A DNA stretch of 64,000 nt from Vulcanimicrobiota bacterium. Lineage in GTDB: Bacteria; Vulcanimicrobiota; Vulcanimicrobiia; Vulcanimicrobiales; Vulcanimicrobiaceae. The notes below the pieces were generated by a model, which made no database searches, was not told the DNA's origin, and saw nothing but the letters and a program-made list of their open reading frames with translations. The DNA lies in the NCBI GenBank assembly GCA_963777315.1, contig CAVZQC010000004.1:128001-192000 (forward strand). The letters are read 5' to 3'. Positions 39,990 through 49,587 of this stretch are shown here, piece by piece (position 1 is the first letter of the stretch; every line of letters starts with the position of its first letter). The position numbers and the translations under genes were made by a program.

Positions 39990-40995
39990 GCGTGCGCGCG
40001 AAATCGTCGACGTCTTGCGGGCGCGTCGCGTGGTGCGTCATCCAGCGCACTTCCGGGAGTGAATCGTCGAACACGTAGAAGAACCACTCCCGCTGCACGC
40101 GCACTATCAGCGCGCGATCCATGGTAGCGAAGATCGCGTTGCAGTCAACCGGCCGCGTGATGCGCACGCCCGGAACGTCTCGCACGCGCGTCTCTAAGCG
40201 CCGCGCCATGGCGTTGGCGTGGCCTGCATACGCGCGCCAGCGATCGTTTTCCAGCAATGCCGAAAACTGCACGGCGACGTACCGCATCTTCGAGGCCAGC
40301 TGCATCGCCTGCTTACGCGCAAAACGCACCGCGCCGGCATGGAGCGCAGCCTCGAAGAAGACGATCGCCTCGCCGAACAGCAGCCCGTTTTTCGTGCCTC
40401 CGAAGGAAAGCACGTCGACGCCGAGATCGCGCGTGCACTGCCGCAGCCCCATGTCGAGAGCGGCTGCGGCGTTGGCAATGCGCGCACCGTCCATGTGGAC
40501 GTACCAGCCCTGCGCGTGAGCGAAGTCGCACAGCCCGCGCAGTTCGTTTGCGGTGTAGAGCGTGCCGTATTCGGTGGACTGCGAAATCGAAATCGCGCGA
40601 GGCTGCACGTGATGTTCGTCCGGCGCCTTGCCGGCGTACGGCGCGAGGTCGTCGACGTGCAGTTTTCCGTCGGCCGTAACCACCGGTAAAACCTTGCTGC
40701 CGGTAAAGCGTTCCAGGGCCCCGCATTCGTCGGTCTGCAGGTGCGACGTTGCCGGCGTTATGACGGCTTCGTACGGTCTGAGTAAGCAGCTCAGAGCGAC
40801 GACGTTGGCTCCCGTACCGTTGAAGACGAAGTACGGATCGGCGTGCGCTCCGAAGATTTCCCGGAGCCGCTCCAGCGCGCGTTCGGTCTGCGGATCGTCT
40901 CCATACGATACGGCATCGCCCTGGTTGGCTTGGACGATGGCCTGAACTATCTCGGGGGCGGCGGGCGCGTTGTTGTCGCTGGCAAAGGTTCGCAT
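39958..40995 (-). CDS. ltaE: Low-specificity L-threonine aldolase
   Basis: 'FASDN', 'GTGAN', 'HMDGARIANA', 'SFGGTKNG'. Confidence 0.92.
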   Translation of the reverse strand: MRTFASDNNAPAAPEIVQAIVQANQGDAVSYGDDPQTERALERLREIFGAHADPYFVFNGTGANVVALSCLLRPYEAVITPATSHLQTDECGALERFTGSKVLPVVTADGKLHVDDLAPYAGKAPDEHHVQPRAISISQSTEYGTLYTANELRGLCDFAHAQGWYVHMDGARIANAAAALDMGLRQCTRDLGVDVLSFGGTKNGLLFGEAIVFFEAALHAGAVRFARKQAMQLASKMRYVAVQFSALLENDRWRAYAGHANAMARRLETRVRDVPGVRITRPVDCNAIFATMDRALIVRVQREWFFYVFDDSLPEVRWMTHHATRPQDVDDFARTLMREAAAPAG

Positions 40996-41082
40996 CGCCT
41001 CGGGGGTACAGCGTGCCGGCCGCCCGAGCCTCTCACGGCCGAGAGCAGAGCAGGCTCAGCGGGTAAGATGCCTCCAGCCGTC

Positions 41083-41793
41083 ATGCCTTCCAACCTTCTA
41101 CTCGGCATCATGCCGGACAGCGAACGCCGGCGAATTCTGCCATACTGCGAAAGCGTCGAGTTGCGTCCACGCATGACGTTGATCGAGCCTGACGCGCCGA
41201 TAGAACACGTCTGGTTTCCCCATGGCGGCGTTTGCTCGAATTTGGTTCGAGTCCAGGGTGGAGAAGGCGTGGAAGTGGGCCTGGTGGGTCGCGAAGGCAT
41301 GGTTGGGCTGCCGCTGGTTTTGGGCGGTTTCGCTAATCCGTTTCACGTGATCGTTCAGGCCGGCGGCGTCGCCACGCGAATCGCCCGCGAGCCGTTCGTG
41401 CACGACGTGCTGGAAGGCGGCCATCCGCTGTGCGCCGCTCTGCTCAAATATGCGAACTTGTTTTTGGCAACCGTCGCTCAAACCGCCGCGTGCAACCGTC
41501 TGCATCAGATCGAACAGCGTTTAGCCCGCTGGCTGCTGGATATGCGCGTGCGCTCGGACGGCGACGATCTTCCGATAACCCACGAGCTGCTCGCTCTGAT
41601 GATCGGCGCGTACCGCCCATCGGTAACCAATACGCTCAAAGGCTTCGAGGAACGCGGCATCATTCGGGTCGGCCGCGGGCATGTCCTGATCTTGGATCAA
41701 GCGGCGCTTGCAGCTCAGGCGTGCGAGTGTCACGCGGCCATCCAAGAGCGCACTTCGCGCACGCTCGAACACATTCGATCGATGGCCGCATAA
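41083..41793 (+). CDS. Crp/Fnr family regulator (copy 1; alternative start 41068)
   Basis: 'VGLVGREG', 'CNRLHQIEQRLARWLL', 'ITHELLA..RPSVT', 'ACEC'. Confidence 0.9.
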   Translation: MPSNLLLGIMPDSERRRILPYCESVELRPRMTLIEPDAPIEHVWFPHGGVCSNLVRVQGGEGVEVGLVGREGMVGLPLVLGGFANPFHVIVQAGGVATRIAREPFVHDVLEGGHPLCAALLKYANLFLATVAQTAACNRLHQIEQRLARWLLDMRVRSDGDDLPITHELLALMIGAYRPSVTNTLKGFEERGIIRVGRGHVLILDQAALAAQACECHAAIQERTSRTLEHIRSMAA

Positions 41794-42491
41794 TGCCCGT
41801 AGTCGGCAACGTGCTGCTGCGTTCGCTGCCGGCACACGAACTCGAGCGGCTGCGCCCGTACTTGCGTGACGTTCCGCTGGCATGCGGTCAGCGCATCTAT
41901 CGCGCCGGCGAACCATTGGGCGCAATTTGGTTTCCGCAAGACGGCGCGGCTTCGCGGCTGATTCAGCTGCAAACGGGAGAAACGGTCGAAGCGGGCATCT
42001 TCGGCAGCGACGGCGTGATCGGTATGCGGCTGGTGCTGCGCGGGCAGCACGGCTTGGGACAGTGCACCGTGGAAATCGAGGGCACGGCGCTGATGATGAG
42101 CGTACACGACTTCAACGCCCACGTGCGCGAGCGCGGCGGACCGCTGTACGAAGCGCTCCTCATGCATGCAGACCTCTACATCGCAATCCTCGGGCGGCTC
42201 ACGGCTTGCCATTGCCTGCACCCGATCGAACAGCGCTTAAGCCGCTGCATCCTTACGCTCACGGACTATGGTTCGCAGGATTGCGTGCGCGTAACGCACG
42301 ATACGCTCGCGGCATTTTTGGGCGTGCACCGGCCGTCGGTGACGTATGCCTTGCAGGCGCTCGCGCATGCGGGCGCCGTTGAATCCGAGCGGCGTCGCAT
42401 CGCCATCGTCGATCGCAGAACGCTGCTCGAGCGCGCATGCGGCTGCTATCAAGCGATTCGCACGCTGCGATCGCAGGGCCGAACCGCTTAA
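41793..42491 (+). CDS. Crp/Fnr family regulator (copy 2)
   Basis: TAATG coupling; 'HPIEQRLSR', 'VTHDTLA..HRPSVT', 'ACGCY'. Confidence 0.9.
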   Translation: MPVVGNVLLRSLPAHELERLRPYLRDVPLACGQRIYRAGEPLGAIWFPQDGAASRLIQLQTGETVEAGIFGSDGVIGMRLVLRGQHGLGQCTVEIEGTALMMSVHDFNAHVRERGGPLYEALLMHADLYIAILGRLTACHCLHPIEQRLSRCILTLTDYGSQDCVRVTHDTLAAFLGVHRPSVTYALQALAHAGAVESERRRIAIVDRRTLLERACGCYQAIRTLRSQGRTA

Positions 42492-44038
42492 TCGACCGCG
42501 GCCACGGGCGGAGCGTTGCCGCCGCGGCGCGAGGGTCGCATGAAGATGACCAGCGGCGTGCACACGAAAAAGACGATCGCCGACAAGCGGAAGAGGTAAT
42601 CGTAGCTGATGACCTGTGAAGCAACGCCGACCAAGGTATTGAGCGTCGACAAGGGATAGCCGTGCGTTTGCGTCACGCCCGACGCCAGAGCGTTTTGCGC
42701 GATCGCGGCTTCGCGCGCAAGCAGCGTGGTCAGCACCGCAATTCCAAAACTGCCGCCGAGCTGGCGCAGCAGCGTGGAAACGCCGGTGGCACCGGCGAGT
42801 TCTTGTTTGGGAACCGCCCCCAGCGTGACCGTGGAGAGCGGCACGAACAAAAAGCCCAGACCGAAACCTTGCACCAAGCGCGGCCAAAACACGTCCCAAT
42901 ATCCCGCGTATTGGTTCAAGCTGCCCATCCACCACGTCGAGATGCCGAACACGATCATGCCGAACCCCACCAGCCAGCGCGAATCCACGCGGCCGACGAG
43001 CCATCCGACGGCGAGCATGCTGACCGCGGTTGCGACCGCGCCCGGCAACAGCGCCATTCCGGTGTCGAAGGCCGTGAACCCGAGCACCAATTGAAAGAAC
43101 AGCGGCAAGATCAAGGCGGTTCCGAACAACCCAAAGCCCGTGATGACGCCGATGATGTTGCCGATCGTAAAGGTGCGGTATTTGAATACGCTCAGGTTGA
43201 CCAGAGGATGCCGGTCGCGCAGCGTCTTGATGATAAACCACGTCAGCGCGACCGCCGCAATGATCGACAGCGTCCAGATCGTGTTGGACTGATACCAATC
43301 GTCGTGCTGGCCGCGCTCTAAAACGTACTGCAGCGAGGCCAGGCCCGCCGACATGAGCCCAAGGCCCATCCAGTCGATGCCGCCCTTGGGTTTTTTCAGG
43401 AAATGCGGGTTCGGAATGAACATCAGCGTCATCAGGAACGCCACGATGCCGATCGGCAAGTTGATGTAGAAGATGATCGGCCAAGAATAATTGTCGACGA
43501 TGTAGCCGCCCAGAGTTGGTCCGACTGCGGGCCCCACCATGGCGCCCAGTCCGAAGATCGCCATGGCGGCGCCGCGCTTTTCGGGCGGATACGTTTCGAA
43601 CAGAATGGCCTGCGCGGTCGGCTGCAGCGCGCCCCCGCCGAATCCCTGCAGCACGCGGTAGAAGACCAGTTGCCAAATGCTGTGCGCCGTGCCGCACATG
43701 AACGAGGCAATCGTGAAAATCGCCAAACTGCCGGCATAAAAACCTTTGCGTCCGAAAAACGCGGTCAGCCATCCGTTGAGCGGCATCGTGATGACGCTTG
43801 CAAGAATGTAGCCGGTCGCAACCCACGACACCTCGTCGATCGAAGCGCCGAGGTTGCCTGCGATATCGCTGAGCGCCACGTTGACGATCGTCGAATCGAT
43901 GATCGCCATGATGAGCCCGAGCATGACGGTGATCGTGATGAGTGCGATCGGCGCGTTGTGCCGCGCCCGGAACGGGTTGCGGCTTTTAGCGGGGGCGCCT
44001 GCTGCCTTGGCGGGGTACAACGCTGCCATGAAACTCAT
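42488..44038 (-). CDS. DHA2 (EmrB/QacA) MFS efflux permease; start uncertain
   Basis: 'DSTIVNVAL', 'RVLQGFGGG', 'GPTLGG', 'INLPIG', 'RQLGGSFG'. Confidence 0.93.
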   Translation of the reverse strand: MSFMAALYPAKAAGAPAKSRNPFRARHNAPIALITITVMLGLIMAIIDSTIVNVALSDIAGNLGASIDEVSWVATGYILASVITMPLNGWLTAFFGRKGFYAGSLAIFTIASFMCGTAHSIWQLVFYRVLQGFGGGALQPTAQAILFETYPPEKRGAAMAIFGLGAMVGPAVGPTLGGYIVDNYSWPIIFYINLPIGIVAFLMTLMFIPNPHFLKKPKGGIDWMGLGLMSAGLASLQYVLERGQHDDWYQSNTIWTLSIIAAVALTWFIIKTLRDRHPLVNLSVFKYRTFTIGNIIGVITGFGLFGTALILPLFFQLVLGFTAFDTGMALLPGAVATAVSMLAVGWLVGRVDSRWLVGFGMIVFGISTWWMGSLNQYAGYWDVFWPRLVQGFGLGFLFVPLSTVTLGAVPKQELAGATGVSTLLRQLGGSFGIAVLTTLLAREAAIAQNALASGVTQTHGYPLSTLNTLVGVASQVISYDYLFRLSAIVFFVCTPLVIFMRPSRRGGNAPPVAAVD

Positions 44039-44216
44039 ACTGGAAATTTTGGTTGCGCTGATCCTTCATCCAATCGCTTATATTCTGGTCCTCGTCAATT
44101 TGGCGGGCCGCGACGATTTGCCGCCAGCCGAGAAGCTCGTCTGGGGCGTGGTCAGCATCGTGTGGGGAATCGGGCCGATACTGTACGTGCTGGTCGGCGG
44201 AGGGACGCTCTGGTAG
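44028..44216 (+). CDS. Small two-TM protein (PLDc_N-like)
   Basis: 'EKLVWGVVSIVWGIGPILYVLVG'. Confidence 0.7.
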   Translation: MKLILEILVALILHPIAYILVLVNLAGRDDLPPAEKLVWGVVSIVWGIGPILYVLVGGGTLW

Positions 44217-44219
44217 GAT

Positions 44220-45245
44220 TTAATCGCCGTTTGCGTATCGCTGCAGCATCATCGCTCCGGCCGCCGCGCCCGCGAGCGCGAGCCCGCCCAACACCCACTG
44301 ACGGTTCATGATCAGCTCGGTTTCCCAACTGCGCGGTTTGGCCTTCGCGTCGAACTCGCCGTGCGAACCGAAATCCTTGCCGCGATCGGCCGGTTCGTAC
44401 AGGTTGTCGGGACGGTCCGGCTTGGTGGGCTCATTGGTCTGCTGCGACGTGTAACCGGTGAGCGCCAAATACACGTCGGCGACGCGCGGCGCGAATTTCT
44501 GCGCCAGGATCGCGAGCACGGAAGAAAAACCGACCCACATTTCGCGCGGCGTTTTGTGTGCCGCCCAGTAGACCGCTCGGCCCGCCACCTCGGGTTGAAA
44601 GATCGGCGGCAACGGCTGCGGATGGTTCAAGCCGCTTTTCACTCGGTTCCACGTGAACTGCGGAGTGTTGACGGCGGGCATCTGCACCATCGTGATCTTG
44701 ATGCGGCTCTTGTTGTGAATGAGTTCGCAGCGAATCGAATCGGTGAAGCCGCGGATTGCGCTCTTGGCTCCGCAATACGGCGACTGCAGCGGAATGCTGC
44801 GATAGCACAGCGCCGATCCGACCTGCACGATCGTCCCGCGATCGCGCGATCGCATGCGCTTCATCGCCGCCATGGTGCCCCAGACGTATCCCAAGTACGT
44901 GACGTCCGTCAGCCGACGCCACTCTTGCGGCGTAACGTCCCAGAACTCTGAGAACACGTTGGTAAACGCCACGTTGACCCAAATATCGATGGGGCCGAGC
45001 TCGCGTTCGGCTCGTTCTGCCGCACTCTCGACCTGGTCGGGATCCGCAACGTCGGTCGGAATGGCGATGGCTTTGGCGCCGAGCTGCTCGGCCTGACGCC
45101 TGGCCGCTTCGAGGCCCTCTTCGCCGCGTGCGACCAGGGCGATGTGCGCGCCATTCTTGGCGAATTGCTCGGCGACGGCCCGGCCGATACCGCCGGATGC
45201 GCCTGTAACGAGGACGACTTCGGGATTACGCGTTGGTGATGCCAT
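44220..45245 (-). CDS. SDR family oxidoreductase
   Basis: 'TGASGGIG', 'YCGAK', 'VNTPQF', 'PIFQPE'. Confidence 0.92.
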   Translation of the reverse strand: MASPTRNPEVVLVTGASGGIGRAVAEQFAKNGAHIALVARGEEGLEAARRQAEQLGAKAIAIPTDVADPDQVESAAERAERELGPIDIWVNVAFTNVFSEFWDVTPQEWRRLTDVTYLGYVWGTMAAMKRMRSRDRGTIVQVGSALCYRSIPLQSPYCGAKSAIRGFTDSIRCELIHNKSRIKITMVQMPAVNTPQFTWNRVKSGLNHPQPLPPIFQPEVAGRAVYWAAHKTPREMWVGFSSVLAILAQKFAPRVADVYLALTGYTSQQTNEPTKPDRPDNLYEPADRGKDFGSHGEFDAKAKPRSWETELIMNRQWVLGGLALAGAAAGAMMLQRYANGD

Positions 45246-45333
45246 ATTGGCAGTCATACCCGCGCATGCCGCGACGAAGACCTTTTTGCGCTTCATGGGC
45301 GGAAACGCTCGGGTCGTACCCTAAGTATTAGGC

Positions 45334-47229
45334 GTGCCGAATCGCGTAGTTCGCTTCACCTATTTCGCCGTTGCGGCGGCAGCTCTGGCCGTTGCAGGTT
45401 CCGGCCTGGTACGCGCGGACAACGATGAAACGACGCAAGGCGTGAACCCGGCTACCGTCGGGCTGCAGCCGTTGCGGGGCGCTGTACCGGCCGCAACGCC
45501 CGCCCCGGGTGAATCGCGGCTCGTTCGGCGCGAAGACGGCACCTTCGCCGCCGTGGCGCAGGTTCAGGACCGCACCCGAATTTTCCATCTGGTCGAACGA
45601 GACGCGCCCTGGACGCTGCAGCCGGGTTTGACGGTGATGGCAAAGACGTACGACGGCGTGGTTCCGGGTCCCACGCTGGTGGTGCATCAGGGCGACCGCG
45701 TCGTCATCGATTACCGCAATTCGCAGCCCGTTCCCGACACGGTTCACCTGCATGGTATTCACGGCATTCCGATCGGCATGGACGGCGTGGCCGGCATTTC
45801 GCAGCCTATGGTCGTCGACGGGGGCCGTTTTCGCTACGAGTTCACCGCCGCGCAGCCCGGAACGTTCATTTACCATTCGCACGACAACGAAGAGATGGTC
45901 AACAGCGGTCTATACGGAGCGATTGTGGTGCTGCCGACGCATCCCAGCGCGCAGGAACGCGCGGACCGCGACGACGTCGAGATGATCTCATCGTGGACGA
46001 TTCAGAGTTTGAGCGAAAATCACTTCACGCTCAACGGTAAAGAGTATCCCGCGACGGCTCCCATCAACGTGCGCAAAGGGCAGCGGGTGCGGATTCGCTG
46101 GATCGACATGTCGGGCGAAAACTTTCACACGATGCATACGCACGGGCACTATCAGCGCATCATCGCGCGCGACGCGCAGCCGGTCACGTGGCCCGACGTG
46201 GAAGATACCGTCACGCTCGGGCCGGGGCAGCGCGTCGACGTGATCGTCGTCGCGGATCAGTCGCCGGGGAATTGGCTGGTGCATTGCCACGTGCTCGATC
46301 ACATCGAAGACAGCCAGGGCAAGCCCGATGGCCTGGTGACGGTTCTGCATTACGAGGGTACGCCCAATGATGCCGGCGCGATGAATCGCGCGATGCGCAA
46401 GATGCTGCCGGGTTTCGGCAGCACGGGTCCGGCACCGCTTTCATTCGGCTTGACCGTGCTGCTTGGCGCAATCGCGGGTTTGACGATTTTCCTGGGCTTG
46501 CCCATTGCCCGCATGCGCAACATCTCTCCCAACGCGGTCGGCGCGCTGAATGCCGTCGCGATCGGCATTCTCGTGTATTTGGTCGTGGAGATCGCCGGTA
46601 ACGCGACCTCGCCCCTGGTCCGCGCCGCGCAGCAGTGGCACGCAGGATCCGGATCGTCCGCAAACGTGGTTTGGCTGGCCATCGCATACATCGGCGGACT
46701 GTTCGTGGGATTGGTCGGCTTGGGTGCGCTCGCCGCCCGTCTTTCGCGGCGCGCCGCGGCCGATGTGCACGATCCGATGCTGCTCGCATCGATCATCGCG
46801 ATCGGCATCGGCGCTCACAATTTCGCCGAAGGCTTGGCTATCGGCGCGTCGGCCGCCTCGGGCGCAACGGCGATAGCGGTCGGTTTGATCGTAGGCTTCG
46901 CACTGCACAACGCCACCGAAGGGTTCGGAATCGCCGCACCGCTCTCGGGTCGTTCGATTCGCCCTCGCCGGCGAGTGCTGCTGCTGGCGGGCATCGTTGC
47001 GGGCGGCCCGACGTTTTTGGGCACGGTCGTCGGGTACGCGTTTCACTCTCCGCTAATCTCGGTGCTGTTTTTAGCGACTGCGATCGGTGCGCTCGTCTTC
47101 GTGATAGGCGAACTCTGGAGCGTGCTGCGCCGCAGCCCCGGAATGACCGCGCTGATGACGTCCATGCTCGCGTGCGGGTTTTTCATCGCGCTCGCAACCG
47201 AAGTCGTGCTCGACCTCAACGGCGGTTAG
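45334..47229 (+). CDS. Two-domain multicopper oxidase fused to a ZIP-family metal permease
   Basis: Signal peptide; HLHG, YHSH, HTMHTHGH, HCHVLDH; then multi-TM domain with HNFAEG and HNATEG; single uninterrupted 631-aa frame. Confidence 0.88.
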   Translation: MPNRVVRFTYFAVAAAALAVAGSGLVRADNDETTQGVNPATVGLQPLRGAVPAATPAPGESRLVRREDGTFAAVAQVQDRTRIFHLVERDAPWTLQPGLTVMAKTYDGVVPGPTLVVHQGDRVVIDYRNSQPVPDTVHLHGIHGIPIGMDGVAGISQPMVVDGGRFRYEFTAAQPGTFIYHSHDNEEMVNSGLYGAIVVLPTHPSAQERADRDDVEMISSWTIQSLSENHFTLNGKEYPATAPINVRKGQRVRIRWIDMSGENFHTMHTHGHYQRIIARDAQPVTWPDVEDTVTLGPGQRVDVIVVADQSPGNWLVHCHVLDHIEDSQGKPDGLVTVLHYEGTPNDAGAMNRAMRKMLPGFGSTGPAPLSFGLTVLLGAIAGLTIFLGLPIARMRNISPNAVGALNAVAIGILVYLVVEIAGNATSPLVRAAQQWHAGSGSSANVVWLAIAYIGGLFVGLVGLGALAARLSRRAAADVHDPMLLASIIAIGIGAHNFAEGLAIGASAASGATAIAVGLIVGFALHNATEGFGIAAPLSGRSIRPRRRVLLLAGIVAGGPTFLGTVVGYAFHSPLISVLFLATAIGALVFVIGELWSVLRRSPGMTALMTSMLACGFFIALATEVVLDLNGG

Positions 47230-47258
47230 TCCGTCCCGGCCCGCGGGAACAATGCACC

Positions 47259-47954
47259 ATGAATATTGGTATAGTGGGCTCGGGAGACATCGGCCGAACG
47301 CTCGGCCGTTTGTGGGCAAAAGCGGGGCATCGCATCCTTTGGAGCTTCTCGCACGACCAGCACAAGCTCGAACAGCTCGCAGCCGAATGCGGAAACGGTT
47401 CCAAAGCGGTCACGCCGTACGAAGCCGTCAGCCATGCGGAAATGGTCCTGTTCTCGGTGCCGTGGAGGGCGGTCGACGACGCGCTCAAACACATCGGGCG
47501 TTTCGAAGGCCAGGCGGTCATCGACACGACCAATCCGTATATCGACGACGAAATGCACGTGCAGCAGTTCGACGAGGATTATTCCTCCAGCGAGTGCGTG
47601 TCCAAGAAGATGATCAACGCCAAAGTGATCAAGGCGTTCAACACGCTCAAAGACGAAACGCTGTGGGATCGGTCGGGTAAAGGCCTGGTCATCTTCATGG
47701 CCGGCGATTATCCGCTCATGAAGAAGAAAGTCGCGCAACTGATCGAGGACGCCGGGTTCGTTCCGTTGGACGTGGGACCGCTGCGAGAAGGCAAAAAACA
47801 GGAACCCGGAACCGATCGCTATTTGAAAGAGCTCACGCTCGAGCAAGCACGGCGGCTCGTGGACGAAGTGCCGAGCGATGCGCCCGGCAGCTCGCAGCCT
47901 TCGTCCAGCATCGTGGGCGAAATCGATCTCGATCAGCCCGTACGCAGGTATTGA
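47259..47954 (+). CDS. NADP-binding oxidoreductase (F420_oxidored / FNO-like)
   Basis: 'IGIVGSGDIG', 'VIDTTNP', 'VIKAFNT', 'AGF.PLDVG.L'. Confidence 0.85.
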   Translation: MNIGIVGSGDIGRTLGRLWAKAGHRILWSFSHDQHKLEQLAAECGNGSKAVTPYEAVSHAEMVLFSVPWRAVDDALKHIGRFEGQAVIDTTNPYIDDEMHVQQFDEDYSSSECVSKKMINAKVIKAFNTLKDETLWDRSGKGLVIFMAGDYPLMKKKVAQLIEDAGFVPLDVGPLREGKKQEPGTDRYLKELTLEQARRLVDEVPSDAPGSSQPSSSIVGEIDLDQPVRRY

Positions 47955-48898
47955 AAGCCCAGTTTCCCGCTGAGCACTCCGCGCAGGGTCAATTCGTCCG
48001 CCAAAGCGACGCCTTTGAGCGGTGGATCGGCCCTGCGGGAACTGCAGAGTTTCCGGTCGAGGCGGGACGCTACCACTTGTACGTTTCGCTCGCGTGTCCG
48101 TGGGCGCACCGCACCGTCATCACGCGCAAGCTCAAAAGACTCGAACGTGCAATCGGCATGACGGTCGTCGATCCGGTCCGCGACGAGCGGGGCTGGGCCT
48201 TCGCGGACGGCCCGGGCTATTCGCACGATCCGGTCAACGGCTTCCACTTTTTGAGCGAAGCTTATGTAGCGACGGACCCGCAGTATCGCGGTCGCGTCAC
48301 GGTACCGGTGCTGTGGGATACGCAGACCAAGCAAATCGTCAGCAACAACGACGACGACGTCATGCGGATGTTCGAAACCACGTTCGACGCCGTGGGCGAT
48401 CGCGGTGCGCTCGATCTCTACCCGCGCGAACGTCGAGCCGAGATCGATGCCCTCAACGAGTGGATCTACCAAACGCTCAACAACGGCGTGTACAAAGCCG
48501 GCTTCGCCACCAGCCAGCACGTCTACGAACATGCGGCTTACGACGTCTTCGAAACGCTCGACGCTCTCGAAGAGCGCCTGGCAACGCGCAGGTACCTTCT
48601 GGGCAACGAACCGCTCGAAACCGATTGGCGAACGTTCGTGACGCTCGTTCGTTTCGACGCGGTGTACTACGGTCACTTCAAGTGCAACCTGCGCCGCATC
48701 GTCGATTATCCGAATCTCTGGGGGTACTTGCGCGACCTCTATCAATACGACGGCGTCGCAGACACGGTGAACTTCGACCACATCAAACGCCACTATTATT
48801 ACACGCACGACGACATCAATCCCACCCGCATCGTTCCAATCGGACCGCAACTGGATTTGAGCGCGCCGCACGGCCGCGCATCGCTAGCATCGTCGTAA
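47951..48898 (+). CDS. Glutathionyl-hydroquinone reductase-like GST (YqjG/ECM4 family)
   Basis: 'RYHLYVSLACPWAHR', 'TVPVLWD', 'NNGVYKAGFA', 'HIKRHYY'. Confidence 0.93.
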   Translation: MKAQFPAEHSAQGQFVRQSDAFERWIGPAGTAEFPVEAGRYHLYVSLACPWAHRTVITRKLKRLERAIGMTVVDPVRDERGWAFADGPGYSHDPVNGFHFLSEAYVATDPQYRGRVTVPVLWDTQTKQIVSNNDDDVMRMFETTFDAVGDRGALDLYPRERRAEIDALNEWIYQTLNNGVYKAGFATSQHVYEHAAYDVFETLDALEERLATRRYLLGNEPLETDWRTFVTLVRFDAVYYGHFKCNLRRIVDYPNLWGYLRDLYQYDGVADTVNFDHIKRHYYYTHDDINPTRIVPIGPQLDLSAPHGRASLASS

Positions 48899-48907
48899 AC
48901 GCGCGCG

Positions 48908-49540
48908 GTGGACGTAAAATTCGCGCTCACGGCATTTGCAACGGTGTTCACGATCATCGACCCCATCGGGATGATCCCGCTCACGCTTGCCGCCACGATC
49001 TCGTTGCCGGCAAAGCGCCGGCCGAAGGTAGTCGATCAGGCCGTTCTGGTGGCCGCCGTCGTGATGCTCGTCATGGGCGCCATCGGCCGTCCGCTGCTCA
49101 ACTATTTGGGAATCACGCTGGCCGCGTTCATGATCGCCGGCGGAATACTGCTGTTTTTGATCGCGATCGATATGCTGTTTGCGCGTCCCACCGGCGCCAA
49201 GCGCACCGAGGAAGAAGAACGCCGCGCCGCCCTGGCTGAAAATCCGGCAGTTTTTCCCCTCGCCATTCCGATGATTTCCGGCCCGGGCACGATCGCTACC
49301 GTCATGCTGCTCGTCAATCTGGCGCGCAGCGATCCCGGCCGAATCCTCACGGTGATCGTCGCGTGCGCTGCGGCGCTGCTCATCACGTGGCTGTTCATGC
49401 GCGGCGCAACGCGCTTTCAGCACCTGATCGGGACGACGGGCATCCATGTCGTCACGCGGGTGCTGGGCATCATACTGGCGGCTTTGGCCGTGCAGTTCGT
49501 GCTCAACGGCGTCGGCGACTCGCATATTTTGCACCGCTGA
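48908..49540 (+). CDS. MarC family membrane protein
   Basis: 'IIDPIG', 'AGGILLF', 'PLAIPMISGPG', 'RVLGIILAALAVQF'. Confidence 0.93.
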   Translation: MDVKFALTAFATVFTIIDPIGMIPLTLAATISLPAKRRPKVVDQAVLVAAVVMLVMGAIGRPLLNYLGITLAAFMIAGGILLFLIAIDMLFARPTGAKRTEEEERRAALAENPAVFPLAIPMISGPGTIATVMLLVNLARSDPGRILTVIVACAAALLITWLFMRGATRFQHLIGTTGIHVVTRVLGIILAALAVQFVLNGVGDSHILHR

Positions 49541-49587
49541 AAGCACGGGCCAAGGGGCACCCCTGCGCCGCCGCAAACATTCGCTGC

